Origin: Octopus sinensis
Taxonomy: Eukaryota
DNA: 64,000 nt
NCBI RefSeq assembly: GCF_006345805.1
Contig: NC_043002.1
Span: 81,778,001-81,842,000, forward strand
Direction of reading: 5' to 3'
A program made the position numbers and the translations under genes. Below, piece after piece: positions 12,471 through 24,349 of the stretch (its first letter is position 1; each line of letters begins with the position of its first letter). The notes under the pieces were generated by a model. It did no database searches. It was not told the origin of the DNA and saw only the letters and a list, made by a program, of their open reading frames with translations.

Positions 12471-13079
12471 ATGCATTTAGTTTGCATGGTTGACAACTAC
12501 AATACATACATACATACATACAAGTAACATTCACTTAAACTACCTTTGTTTTGCACTGAGAAGACTTCGTTAGGTCATGAGCTTGACGTGTGTGTGTGTG
12601 TGTGTATTTGAAAGTGTCTGATGGATGATTAAGAGCAAATTGTTGTGCTCAATAAATAAACCATTTATTTGATGTACACATGAAAGTAATCGCTGTTGTG
12701 ACAATGTGTCAGTAGGGTTTTAATTTGATCTAAACAACTAATCGCCTAAACAAATGCTGAGATATGGCTAAGATTTAGTCAAAACTGGCTGCTTTGAAAT
12801 ACAACACAAACTCTAGCAGTGTTTTTCTTTGTAAAAACTAAAAATAAAACAAAGCCGTGCAATGAAAACTGAAACCTCTTTCGGGGCTACACACACACAC
12901 ACACACGCGCACACACACACATCTTGTCACCAAAGGATCTAAGATTTTTTCTTGCTTGCTTCCTCGATAGATTTAAACAACTGTTGGGATTCTACAGCAT
13001 TTTGGATAAATTGACTGCGTGAAAAACACTGACTACAATAAGATTTAAATGTGTGTGTTTTTTTTTAATTCACTTCTAG

Positions 13080-13122
13080 GTACCAGTTTAGATTTTAACT
13101 GTTCACCTATCGAATCCGGTCG
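13080..13122 (+). other. Candidate short exon, function unknown
   Basis: T-rich tract with TTCTAG acceptor and TCG|GTGAGT donor; 43 nt. Confidence 0.3.
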
Positions 13123-14091
13123 GTGAGTCGATTTGAAACTCTAAAGTACTAAAAAAAAAATAAAATAAACTAGAATTTTTATATGCAACGTGCTTGGAAA
13201 CGACTTTCAGAATTTGAGACTTGGAACGTCGGGAGACTGCGAAACAGAACACACAAAACTACATTGAGCGCGAGATTCCAACGTTGGAAAGGTTCTCATA
13301 GGCGTAACTTTCGTATCATATTAAACTATGTAAACCAGTTGATTACCAATCCCTAGTTGTTTCTTCTTTTTTTTTTCCTTCTTTTTTCTAATGGGTACAT
13401 ATCGTGTCTGGAAAGGAGGGCAATTATGTGAAATTTTAATCTTAATTTGGTGTGGAATTTATTTTGAGAAGGTGGAGGGAAAATTGAACTCACTGTAAAT
13501 CTGCTGGAATATCCTTATGGCATTTCCAATAGACTAAGGTATCCGTGAGTCCCCCCCCCCTCCACTTCGATCAGAATTTCTTTGTCACATAGATAAGAGC
13601 ATGTGCTTCAATATTGTGAAGCTCACAGGAGGCGACTAATGAGTTCTGCTCTGCTCCAAGGCACTATTTGTTGTGCTGCAGTGTATTCAACTGTGCTGAT
13701 AAAATCCTACTCTTCGGTTACTGCTATGCACATGTTGACTTATACTCTGGGACATTCTAAGAAGCACTGAATGGCCCAGCTGTAGCAGCTATCACCTATT
13801 CTTCCTATAATTATGTTGAAATTTTAATCTGGTTATCTTACCAAACCAACAGAGTTCACCTCGGTCACTAAGTAAATGGCATATGAATCGATGTCATGTT
13901 TGCCTCTAGATATGCATCAGTATTTCCTTTTCCTTCATTCTCTACAGGAGAGAGTACGTCTTTTCACCCACCCCCTCCTTATTCCATTTCTGCTGCCCTC
14001 GATTTCATTGCCTTATAAAATAATATTACTTTGTGATTGAGTAGATTTTCTTTTCTCCCTACCTTTCTTTCGTCTTCAAAATTTACTGCAG

Positions 14092-14141
14092 AATCCCAGT
14101 TTAAGGCGCTCAGTGGCCTGGTTTAATGCCAAGCCTGCAAA
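14092..14141 (+). other. Candidate short exon, function unknown
   Basis: Long pyrimidine tract with CTGCAG acceptor and AAA|GTAAGA donor; 50 nt; one open frame (NPSLRRSVAWFNAKPA). Confidence 0.3.
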
Positions 14142-14916
14142 GTAAGATCTTTCGTATGGAAATCGTGGCGTATAGGTAGGTGTACGTGCACACGTGGACG
14201 CATTTTTGTGTTTTTTCATAAGCACGTGTGAGTTTGCGCTCACGTGTGCAGCGTACATGCACACACAGGAACACACAAACACGTACACTTCCTTAATGTG
14301 TTAAAAACTAAAGTTTTGTAATTTTGTAGGGAATACATGAATATCTACTTGTTTGTCTCTCTCTCTCTCGCTCCGTGTGTTCGTTTTCTATGTCGAATTA
14401 TAAGGAAAGTTTTGTATCAAACTGAATGATGACTCAATACTTTTTGTCGAATACATATTTTCTTTTTTTCTTTTTTTTTTTACAAGAATAGTGTTGACAG
14501 TAACTTCGAAACTTCAAACTGCAAGCCACCATCGGATTACACACACACACATGTGTCTGTGAGACCGATTACGGAAACAGATAGAATTGGTATAACTTTA
14601 TTTTATACAAAATGAAGAGTTATAGCAAACCCATCTTCTGTTTCCTTAGTCGATTGTTATCTCAATACTACAGAATTCCTGAAGTAAATTCAACGGAAAT
14701 ACACTCCGCCCGCGGATGGCACCAGGTAGCCCGAACTATGCCAGTGCTTTACTCAACACACTAATTGACATATACCCATTAGTCCAAAATATTACATATA
14801 AATCCTACTACACTGGAGTATTTTACTGTCCCCATTCTGTTATGCATACTGTTGGAATTACAGAGGTGTCTGTGATCTTTTCTTGTCCACAACTGAATCG
14901 AATCCAGCTTCACTTG

Positions 14917-15120
14917 TACGAGTTGGTGGGTGATGAAAAGTTTTTGGCTTTGGGTAAAAGAAAACGCAGGAGGATCAGTTAATTATGATTTTATTCAACA
15001 TATTCCCATCTCAGAGTCATGTTTTCTAAACCCTGTAAAAAAACTCCGAAGGTTGGGTTTCCAAGCAAGCCTATCGCGAAACCCTTTTAAAGCCAGGAAT
15101 TTTTTAAGCACCCCATCGTA
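14917..15120. mobile_element. Mariner-type MITE flanked by TA
   Basis: Left TACGAG...TGATGAAAAGTTTTTGGCTTT and right AAAGCCAGGAATTTTTTAAGCACCCCATCGTA are inverted; a second copy lies at 20282. Confidence 0.85.
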
Positions 15121-15160
15121 CTTGTGAAGTAGTTGCTTATTAACTCTTGGTAATGGTGGT

Positions 15161-15378
15161 CCTTTCTATTATAGGCACAAGGCTTGAATTTTCTTTTGGG
15201 GTGTGTGGGCTAGTTGATTTCATCGACCCCCGAGCTTAACTGGTACTTATTTTATCGACTCCGAAAGGATGAAGGTAAAGTCGACCTCGGTAGAATTTGA
15301 ACTCAGAACGTAAAGATGGGCGCAATGCAGCTAATCATTTCGCCCGGTGTGCTAACGATTCTGTTAGTTCTCCGCCTT
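15161..15378 (-). mobile_element. SINE-B
   Basis: CCGAAAGGATGAAGGTAAAGTCGACCTCGG...TTTGAACTCAGAACG. Confidence 0.9.
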
Positions 15379-15941
15379 AATTATCATCAACAACGTCTTC
15401 ATCGTTTTGATTGCTGTGCTGGTGGCACTGACGCGACAGCATTCCTGCTGGAATGGAAGCTTAATTATTTAAAAAAAATATATATTAAATTAGGTTGAGA
15501 TAGTGCTGAAGGTGCTTGCTTTATTATTTTATTTTACTTTTTTTTTTTATTTACTGTGGGTCTTTGGTCTGGTTGTGGGTTGTAAGGAGTGGGGTGTGTG
15601 TGGCTTAACGAAAACGTTAATTTAGAAGGATATACGTATATGTTCTTATGTCTGTCTCCCACACGTACACAATATAAAATCCTCTGTTTATGTGTGTAAT
15701 ATGCACAAACACAAAATTTATACGTTCTTTCATTTGTACATAGTGCACATGTATGTATATCTTGTGTTGGTTTAACACACATACCTGTGTGCGCATGTGC
15801 ATGTTTAATTCTGTTTGCGTACTTATGAGATAGTTAGTTCGTTTTTTTTTTCTCCTCCCCTTTTTTTTTAAGGAAACGTATAATACCGATATGTTTACTT
15901 TGAACTTCAAAATAATTATCAAATTGAGAAGAAAAAATGTT

Positions 15942-15976
<35 letters not shown>

Positions 15977-15979
15977 CCT

Positions 15980-16031
<52 letters not shown>

Positions 16032-16254
16032 GCCGTTCTAATTTATCTCCGTTTGAATTTTGCTTACATTCCTATCAGCTATTAACTGCTGACTGAAACT
16101 TGTAATTTAGGCACATCTAGCAAACATACAAATTAAAAGAAGTTGTGAAAGATGGATAAGGGAAAAAAAAAGTTTAACTCCTTGATCCAATCTGCACTTT
16201 ATTGTAACGCTCTTTTATACCAACTCTCTTTCTCACACACACACACACACAAAA

Positions 16255-16573
16255 TGGCGCATAACCTAATGGTTAGGGCGTTGCACTCGATTCTGAGAGC
16301 TAATGATGCGTTGTATTCCTGAGCAAAAACACTTAGTTCACGTTGCTTTTGGCGTTCCTTTTGACCTCTGGCATGTGGGCACAATGTATAAGAAATGTCG
16401 ATATGATGGAGAGTGTGAGCTTGTGAAACGCAGAAATTCGATCATTATAAACAAATCATTAAGTGTGGTTATTTACCAAGAAATAGGCGGAAACTTATCC
16501 GTCGTCTGACGGCGGGAGAACCCATGAAATTGCAGAAACTTCATCCGTCGTCTGACGACGGGAGAGCCCGTCA
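16255..16573 (+). mobile_element. SINE-C variant with a duplicated palindromic 3' tail
   Basis: Head GGCGCATAACCTAATGGTTAGGG, core GTATTCCTGAGCAAAAACACTT, and tail ATCCGTCGTCTGACG(G/A)CGGGAGA present twice. Confidence 0.7.
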
Positions 16574-17300
16574 TTATATGTGTAGTCACCTTCTTACATT
16601 TTTCTCTATATGCTTATCCCCCCAAACACACAGTGTCCATAAATTACCTTTACAATTTTAAAGTTGAAAATTGTGGAAGTTGTAAAGATAATTTATGGAC
16701 ATATAAAGTGTGCGTGTTCGTTCGACACCTATTGACCAATACACGAAGCTATAGCTTACTCGATGGAAACTGTTCGGAAGTTCTGTGTGTACGTACGTTC
16801 TAAGGTGTTAGTGTCCGCATATTTTCATAACTTATTAGTTTGATGAAAAAGATCAATAAAATATGCCTCGGCCTAATAAAATAAATAAGTAGTTCGATAT
16901 AATCGACTATAAATTCTCGTAGTTGGACCTCCAGCGTGGCTGCAGCCCAATAACTGAAACCTGCAAAAAAAGACTGTGTTTGCTCCAATCTCTTTATATC
17001 TCTCTTTATAAAACGTTTGGTCAACTGTCCTTTGTGTTTTCACATTTTTCTCCCAAGTCTATGCTAACCCCACCCACCCCCAACCGTCTTTCAGTGCCCA
17101 TCCTACGCCAACACACGCTGATATAAGCTCGTCTGATATCGAGGATTAGTTCGTATTCATTTGTTTAGATTACTATAAGCCTTGCAATAAGACAAATTAA
17201 GAATTTCGGATCTAAATATGTTCTATATTAAAGATAATGTATCTTCTCTCGTGTCTACTCCTTTCCTCTCCCACACACCTCATTCTTTCATCATTGTTCA

Positions 17301-17331
<31 letters not shown>

Positions 17332-17458
17332 TTGTAAGATATTAACTCTCATTCCTTGATTGCTACAATATTTAGAAAATACTTTGGTGTTTTTTTATCA
17401 GCAAAAAAATGCCTCAGTTACTGTTGATAACTTTTAAATATGTAGTGGAACTGATGGT

Positions 17459-17500
17459 GGGGAGGGGCTGGGCGGGCGGGCAAAATACACCCATTGGCAC
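17459..17500 (+). promoter_or_regulatory. GC-box cluster and G-quadruplex motif with a reverse CCAAT
   Basis: GGGGAGGGGCTGGGCGGGCGGG has five G-runs; ATTGG lies about 14 bp downstream; sequence appears unique. Confidence 0.3.
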
Positions 17501-17691
17501 TATATGTTACACATCGTTTGCTGATAAATATGAGCTCGGTGATAAATATAACCTCCATTCCCCCCCCCCATTTTGTTCTTTCTCCCTCTCTACTCTCATG
17601 GAAATCTTTTTCACACAATTTCTTCCTCTTGACTTTTTTTGTGTACGTTCGTAATCTATACACGGGCGCGTATATAAATTTATATATATAT

Positions 17692-17723
<32 letters not shown>

Positions 17724-18157
17724 AAAAACGAGTGTGTTGAATCAAGCAGCACGTTTTACAAGGTTTACCATACGCTCCTGCTGACCCTAACCGCCTTTTA
17801 GTGTTTCTATTTAATAACTAGTTCACGTTGCGAACGTTTGTACTATTATGCAAATTAGGACAACTTAGCTAAGCTAGCTTCAAAAATAAAAGCTTAGAAG
17901 TTTATCGTATATCTATTCTATCAGCGCGTTGTGTATGCGAAATGGGCTCTTGTTGACGGCAGATGAGTTTACGGCAGTTTTTTTTTTTTCCTTCTTTTTT
18001 TCTTCTGAACAACCTGCACAGATAATTTGTTTATGGTGTGCTGTATATTGGGCTCACTGCCTCTCTCAAATCGGCATTGCCTGTACTGATTGGTGCCATG
18101 GCATCTCACATATTAGACGTCGAAGTGACCGCAGAAGCAACGCGAAATTAAATGTTC

Positions 18158-18582
18158 CGATCTTTTCGGTTTGAACGGCAGTTTTTAACATAATTTCTAG
18201 GTGACTAAAAAACAATTTTAAACTTCGTATACTGGTAGAATGTGTTTATAAAACATCTTTTTCTCTTGGCTTTATTGAGAAAATTCTATGGTTTGTAAGA
18301 TATTTGTTGGTTTTTTTCTTCTTCAATTTCTGCAATTTCAACCAATCAGTGACGTCCATTGAGGTAAAGAAACATTCTGTGCCGTATGAATATGTCCCTC
18401 GTTTAAGAAATAGATTGGGTTTATTTACATTTCTGAAGAAAAAAAAGATACCCTTCCCCCCACTCCTAACCCTAACTCTAAAACAGATTGAAATGCAATA
18501 GATCGATACTAGGGTCATAATTATGGGTGACAATTTCATATGACACCGCTAGAAAAAACTGCCGTTAAAACCGAAATGATCC
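18158..18582. mobile_element. MITE copy 1 (Merlin-like or hAT-like)
   Basis: TIRs GATCTTTTCGGTTTGAACGGCAGTTTTT and AAAAACTGCCGTTAAAACCGAAATGATCC; highly similar to 21781-22189. Confidence 0.9.
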
Positions 18583-19454
18583 GAGTACTGGACTCCAGAT
18601 GTATAACGAAGAGTTGTTACGAGTGTTTGTGGTGTTTATCTCCCCCCCCCCCATAGATATCAACGTGCACAGGTGCTGTGAACGAGCATCGCAGATTCTG
18701 ATCACTGGAAATGTGCTTGATTTGAACACTGGTTTTCCTTTTTTTATTTCTTAAGTGCAAAACCACGAATTCAAAACACTGTGAAATGAAATGTTGTGGC
18801 TGTGATGCCCTCCCTCCCCCGCCAAAGTGTTTTATCAATTTAGTGAATGAATTTATCACTCCGTTTATCTTAAGTGAGATATTTGATAACAGACAGCATT
18901 TACAACCTTTTGTCTTCTCCGTGTGTGTGTCTCTCTCACACGTGCACACAGACTCACACATTCACGTACACACCCTTTCTTTCTAATTGGAATGGTGTGC
19001 TTGTATCGTGGCAGCAGCACACTTTACAAAGTTAATCTTGAAAGTGACTTCAGAACAAACCAATCCCCGGCCTTTATAGTTGGTTTTATTTTATACAATG
19101 AATTCTATTGTTGCATCCCACTCCATCCCACCTGCGTCACACTCCTCCCCCAATATAACATCTTTATATTAGATGTGAAACATCTAATATAAAGAACTAT
19201 CTGAAAACTGTAGAAAATGAAAAATAAAAGAAAAAAGCGAAAGTCTTTTATTAATTTGGATTGAAGTCGATCTCAATTAGTGAAAATAAGATGGTCTTTA
19301 GAATTGGTAACCAAATGGAATACAACTTCAAGCACTGCAAACACCTCGTACAGCACTGACTTAAAAATATTGTCTCGCCAATTCAGTCTTAGCAAGTACA
19401 AAGAGAAGATATATAAACATAAAAATTAAACATCAGTGTCAATATGTTTATTGG

Positions 19455-19670
19455 CCCCAACGCGGAGAACTTGGCAGAATCGTTAGCGTGCCGGGCAAAA
19501 TGCTTAGCGGCATTTCATCCATCTGCTCGTTCTGAGCTCAAATTCCGCTGAGGCTGGCTTTGTCTTTTATCACTTCGGGGTTGCTTAAATAAGTACCAGC
19601 TGAAATTGGGGGATCAAGAATCGACTTAACCTTTTTCTGAAACTGCTGGCCTCGGGCCAAAAATTGAAAC
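19455..19670 (+). mobile_element. SINE-B
   Basis: TTGGCAGAATCGTTAGCGTGCCGGGCAAAATGCTTAGCGG...GAGCTCAAATTCC. Confidence 0.85.
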
Positions 19671-19734
19671 AAACATGTTTATTGGTCCTATCTCTCCCTT
19701 AAAAAGAACAGAAAAGAAAGACAAGCTATTGTGG

Positions 19735-20105
19735 CGCTAGCATGGCTGTGTAGCCAAGAAACCTGTTCTCCAATCGCATGGTTTCGCGTTCATTTCCACT
19801 TCGTGAGACTTCGGGAAAGTGTCATCTACTGTAGCCCTGAGCTGACCGAAGACTTGAGTAGATTTTGTTGACGGAAACTGAAAGAAGCCTGTTGTGTCTG
19901 TGTGTGTGTGAGGATACCATTTTGTCTTGACATCACGTGATAAGTTGTATGCTAGCATTACCATAATACAAGCAGTATCCCTCGTTTCCAGTTCTCTATG
20001 AAAAGCAAGTCCGGCTATAGGGAGACGTTATCTTGGTTGGAAACACAAAAATAGTTGGCAGCAGGAAGGACATCCAGTCGCAAAATATGTGTTTCAGCGA
20101 ATTCT
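19735..20105 (+). mobile_element. SINE with an A-type head and RTE-like tail
   Basis: The A head and GACGGAAACTGAAAGAAGCC are followed by a different body ending GGAAGGACATCCAGTCG. Confidence 0.7.
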
Positions 20106-20281
20106 ATGTAGATGTTGAAATTTTGACAACTATGGTAGGATACACAATCAATTTGCCCCTCTCTGCTATGGAAACCTGGAACTTACAGGAATAAACCAAC
20201 GGACCAGGACTGGAGGAAAAGCAAAATGAGTAGAGTGCCAATATGTGCTCAGTACGATAAATGTCTTTTCGGAGTGCACAG

Positions 20282-20475
20282 TACGAAGGGGTGCTGAAAA
20301 GTTCCTGGTTTTGGGTAAAAGAATATACAGGAGAATCAATTAATTATGATTCTATCCAACGTATTCCCCTCTCAAATTCACTCACTTATTGCGGCGGTCC
20401 TTCAGTTTTCTAAGCCCTGTAAAAGAACTATGAAAGTTGGGCCTCCAACTAGGCGTTTCGCGATAACCTTAAAGC
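20282..20475. mobile_element. Mariner-type MITE copy 2, right end truncated
   Basis: TACGAAGGGGTGCTGAAAAGTTCCTGG matches the reverse complement of the copy 1 right TIR; the interiors align. Confidence 0.85.
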
Positions 20476-20863
20476 TCGATGAAGGCTCGTCGGGGCTACA
20501 CAACAACACACAAGATCTAGAGTTTTTATTTCCACATTGCCCGTGGAGCTTAAAATAACTAATGTTGTTTCTTTGTTGTTATCTGGACGAATTGGACGGA
20601 GTGTAGTCACACACGCGCTCGCGCGTCTTGTAAGAACTGTGTTGTAAAGGCTGCAGTACATACAACACAAAACACACCACAGAGGAATGTAAAGAAAGCT
20701 TGCGGTGGTGGTGGTGGTGTCTGTGTGTGAGGGCTACTACTGGTGTACTAACCCAATTACACTAAGCTCCGTGACATGGTGAGATAATCCAAGTCAATAA
20801 TAACACATATTCCAAACAACTGTCAAGGCAATTATTGTTGATTCTCTCTCACTCACTCACTCA

Positions 20864-20920
<57 letters not shown>

Positions 20921-21448
20921 CCCGATTGTAAAATTGCTGCGCGAACTTTTTCCCTGCAGTCAAAGGAGAGAGACAAGCGAGAGATTTTTTCCTGCAGTCT
21001 TTTTAATAAATGTTTCAACACAAAAGATGAGATTAATACACATGCCCGCATTAAGTAACGATTAAAGGGGGGGGGACCAAATTTTTGTCTTATTTTATTT
21101 TATTTTTTATTTTATTTTAGAAAAAAGAAAGGAAAAAATTCTTTTGCTTCCTGATATAGAATTCGATTTTCTTTTTCTTTTGCTTGCATGAAATTTGCTG
21201 CAGATGTGATCTGAGAGCAATCCCTACTTCAGATTTGAACTTGTGGCCTTTGGGTTCAGTAGTTTAAGGAACTGCTTAAAGCTAGGGATTGGCTATAGAA
21301 AATCTCTTCGCGTTCAGACGAAGAGACATTCTTGAAATGGCAGGTTCTTCTTCCCAATCCTCATACAAACTTCAACTCAACTCCACTTTGTAGTTTTGCT
21401 GGTGTTTTAAACGCCATCATTTCCCTAGAACTATGCTTTGATTTTCTC

Positions 21449-22237
21449 TTCTCTTTTACTTGTTTCAATCATAGGACTGCGGCCATGCTGCGGCAGCTCC
21501 CTGAAAGGTTTTAGTCGAACGAATCGACCCTCCCTCCGGTGTTTATTTTATTCACTTAACAAAAAAATTGTGTCTAGTACTTATTTTATCGTGTTTTTTG
21601 ACGAAATGTTAAGTTACAGAGACGTCAACAAACCCACACCGGTTGTCAAGCAATGGAGGTGGGGGACTCCTTCCTATTTTTTCTCTCACACACGCATACA
21701 CGACGGGCTTCAACGCTGTTTTCGTCTACCAAATTCAGTCACAAAACACATAAGTCAGTCTCGAGGCTATAACAGACGACGGATATTTTCGGTTTGAACG
21801 GCAGTTTTTAACAATTTCTAGGTAACTAAAAAATTTTTAACTTCGTATACTTGTAGAATGTGTTTATAAAACATCTTTTTCCCTTGGCTTTATTGAGAAA
21901 ATTCTATAGCTTGTAAGATATTTGTTGTTTGTCTTCAATTTCTGCAATTTCAACTAATCAATTACGTCTATTGAGGTGAAAAACATTCTGTGCCGTATGA
22001 ATATGTCCCTAGTTTAAGAAACAGATTGGGTTTATTTACATTTCTGAAGAAAAAAAGATACCCTTCCCCCCACACCCCTAACCCTAAAACAGATAGAAAT
22101 GCAATAGATCGACACTAGGGTCATAATTATGGGTGACAATTTCATATGACACCGCTAGAAAAAAACTGCCATTCAAACGGAAAAGAACCCAGACGACATT
22201 TGCCTAAAATGCTGTGTCATGGGATTGAGTCCGACAG

Positions 22238-22245
<8 letters not shown>
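21449..22245 (-). mobile_element. SINE-A interrupted by a MITE
   Basis: Tail CTTTTACTTGTTTCAATC at about 21452; the body resumes after the insert at 22190. Confidence 0.85.
21781..22189. mobile_element. MITE copy 2 with an 8-bp TSD (Merlin-like or hAT-like)
   Basis: TIRs begin with GG; CAGACGAC is duplicated at 21773-21780 and 22190-22197; internal CCCTAACCCTAA. Confidence 0.92.
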
Positions 22246-22278
<33 letters not shown>

Positions 22279-23083
22279 TGTAAAGAATGGTCATTGTATA
22301 TTTTCTTTATTTCAGTAAATGTGAAAGCTGTTTCCAGTAATCATTGTAAGCTTCATTATTGATAGGCTCACTCCGAGTTATGCGTGTGTGTTTGGGGTGT
22401 GAGCGATTAGATCGACAAGAGTATTGTTTAACTGGTTCTTCTTTTGACGGTCCCTGGATTGACGAAAGGCAGAATCGTCTCGAATGAGATTTGAAATCAG
22501 TTCAACACACAAAAAGACACGACTAATAAACGTCTCGGGTTAAGCCTGAACAGCGAACAAAATAGCTAAAACAGCCGTTCTGACCGTGGCTAAATCAACA
22601 AAAGCAGATACCTGAATATCAAGGGAGGGAGGGAGTTGTTATTTGAACAGACAACCGTTTTGTTTAAAAAAAAAAAAATTATATAGAAGGATTATGTCAA
22701 AGTAAAGTTTAAATTATGTTCAGGTCTGTGAGCTAATTGGTGGACTGTTGGAGGGTGATTTGAACAACTGAGCCAGCTGGGGTAAAATAATTGTTGCGGG
22801 TTGTGTTTGTTTGTTGGGAGTTTGATTTCAAGGGAAGGCTGAGATTTTTGTATTGCGAGACTTCCAGTCTTTGTAGTTTTTTTCAGCTTTCGCTGGGATG
22901 TCGCTTTATTTATCTTTTTTTTTTTTTTTTTTTAACAATTTGGTAATTATGAATTTTAAATTAGCACCAGGAAGTTCACTCCAAAAGTTAATGTTTTGAA
23001 TATACATGCTCATTGCTGGGCCCCGCTTCCACGTTCACAAGAATACATACATCCGAATATTCACCCGTGATTGGAGTATTTCC

Positions 23084-23116
<33 letters not shown>

Positions 23117-23642
23117 CGCGCTTGTTTAAAGGTTTGAATCAATGTTGTCATAGGTAATGTGTGTATTTGGTTTGTATCTAACGTCCATTATCCCGAGACT
23201 GGACTTCCTGCGGATTGGATTACGAGCCAGATGACCTTGAACGTGGGTTGAACGAACGTAGAACTTGGTACACAGGTTCCCAAATCAGTACATATGTTAC
23301 ATGATATGTATAAAAAAAAAAAAAAAGATGCACACCCAGGACAAAGTTATTGTTAACCAGACACAAGTCTGCATAAAAGAACAAAAAAAACAGAAGAAAC
23401 TAGCCACCATTTTACACACGCGAGAATGTAAAATGCTTGGCTAGATAAATAAATACGCGCGTGTGTTTGTACACACACAACACACGCACGCACATATATA
23501 TACGATTGGTTCCAACTGGAATTCGAAGACTAAAAAGATTACTGTTCCCCCTGCAGTGCTGTTATGATTAACGTGTTTGGCTATTTAACCGTTTTAGATT
23601 ATGTCGGTTGATTGCTGTCGGAAACTGTCACATTTCCTTCAG

Positions 23643-23703
23643 GTTTTGAGCTGTGATGTTTGCGACGAAAGTGTGTGTATCAACTTTCATTAAAGACAGT
23701 CCG
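23643..23703 (+). other. Candidate short non-coding exon
   Basis: TTTCCTTCAG acceptor and CCG|GTAAGA donor; 61 nt; stops in all three frames. Confidence 0.3.
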
Positions 23704-23924
23704 GTAAGAGGAACGGAACGGTGGAGTGTCAGGATTGAATGTCTGGTGTAATTTTGTGTGTGTGTGTATGTGGTTTGCCCCCGTGAACGATCTGAGTTCG
23801 AATCTCACCACTCTCCGGATAAGTTCGTGTTTACTTCGGCTTAATAAATGAAATATGTGACGTGCTGTGTGGCTGGTGTCAGTTGGGTTTTAACCTCTAC
23901 CGTCTCTTCTCTGTATATTGTCTG

Positions 23925-24292
23925 TGCAGGCGTGGTTGGCTGTATGATAAGAAGTTTGTTTTCCAACCACATAGTTCCAGGTTCGGTCTCGCTGCGTCGC
24001 ACCTTCGACAAAGTGTCTTCTACTATAGCCTCGAGTCGACCAAAGCAATGTGAATGGATTTGGTTCACGGAAAATGAAAGAAGCCCGTCGTGTGCGTGCG
24101 TTTGTTTTTGTCCCCAACCACTACATGACAATCGGTGTTGTCTGTTTGCGTTGCCGTAACATAGCTGTTCGGCAAAAAGAAACCAATAGAATAAGTACCA
24201 GGCTTAGGAAAAAAAAAAGTTCTGGCGTCGATTTGTTTGATTAAACTCTTCAAAGCGGTGCCCCAGCATGGCCACGAATGACTGAAATAAAC
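23925..24292 (+). mobile_element. SINE-A
   Basis: Head, GGAAAATGAAAGAAGCCCGTCG body and ATGACTGAAATAA tail. Confidence 0.9.
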
Positions 24293-24349
24293 GATTACGC
24301 GATCCCGGGCTTATGTGTATGTATGTATGTATGTAAGTATATATATATG

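Noticed and set aside
13620-13900. Possible ancient CR1 relic
   Set aside because: Only scattered residue matches; indistinguishable from chance without an alignment.
14716-14982. 88-aa ORF MAPGSPNY...
   Set aside because: No recognisable motif, and its 3' end runs into the mariner MITE.
16487-16573. CRISPR-like palindromic direct repeats
   Set aside because: Only two units, eukaryotic context, no cas genes; explained as a duplicated SINE tail.
20150-20275. Possible RTE ORF relic (ETW...LE...MC)
   Set aside because: Too few matching residues, with several stops.
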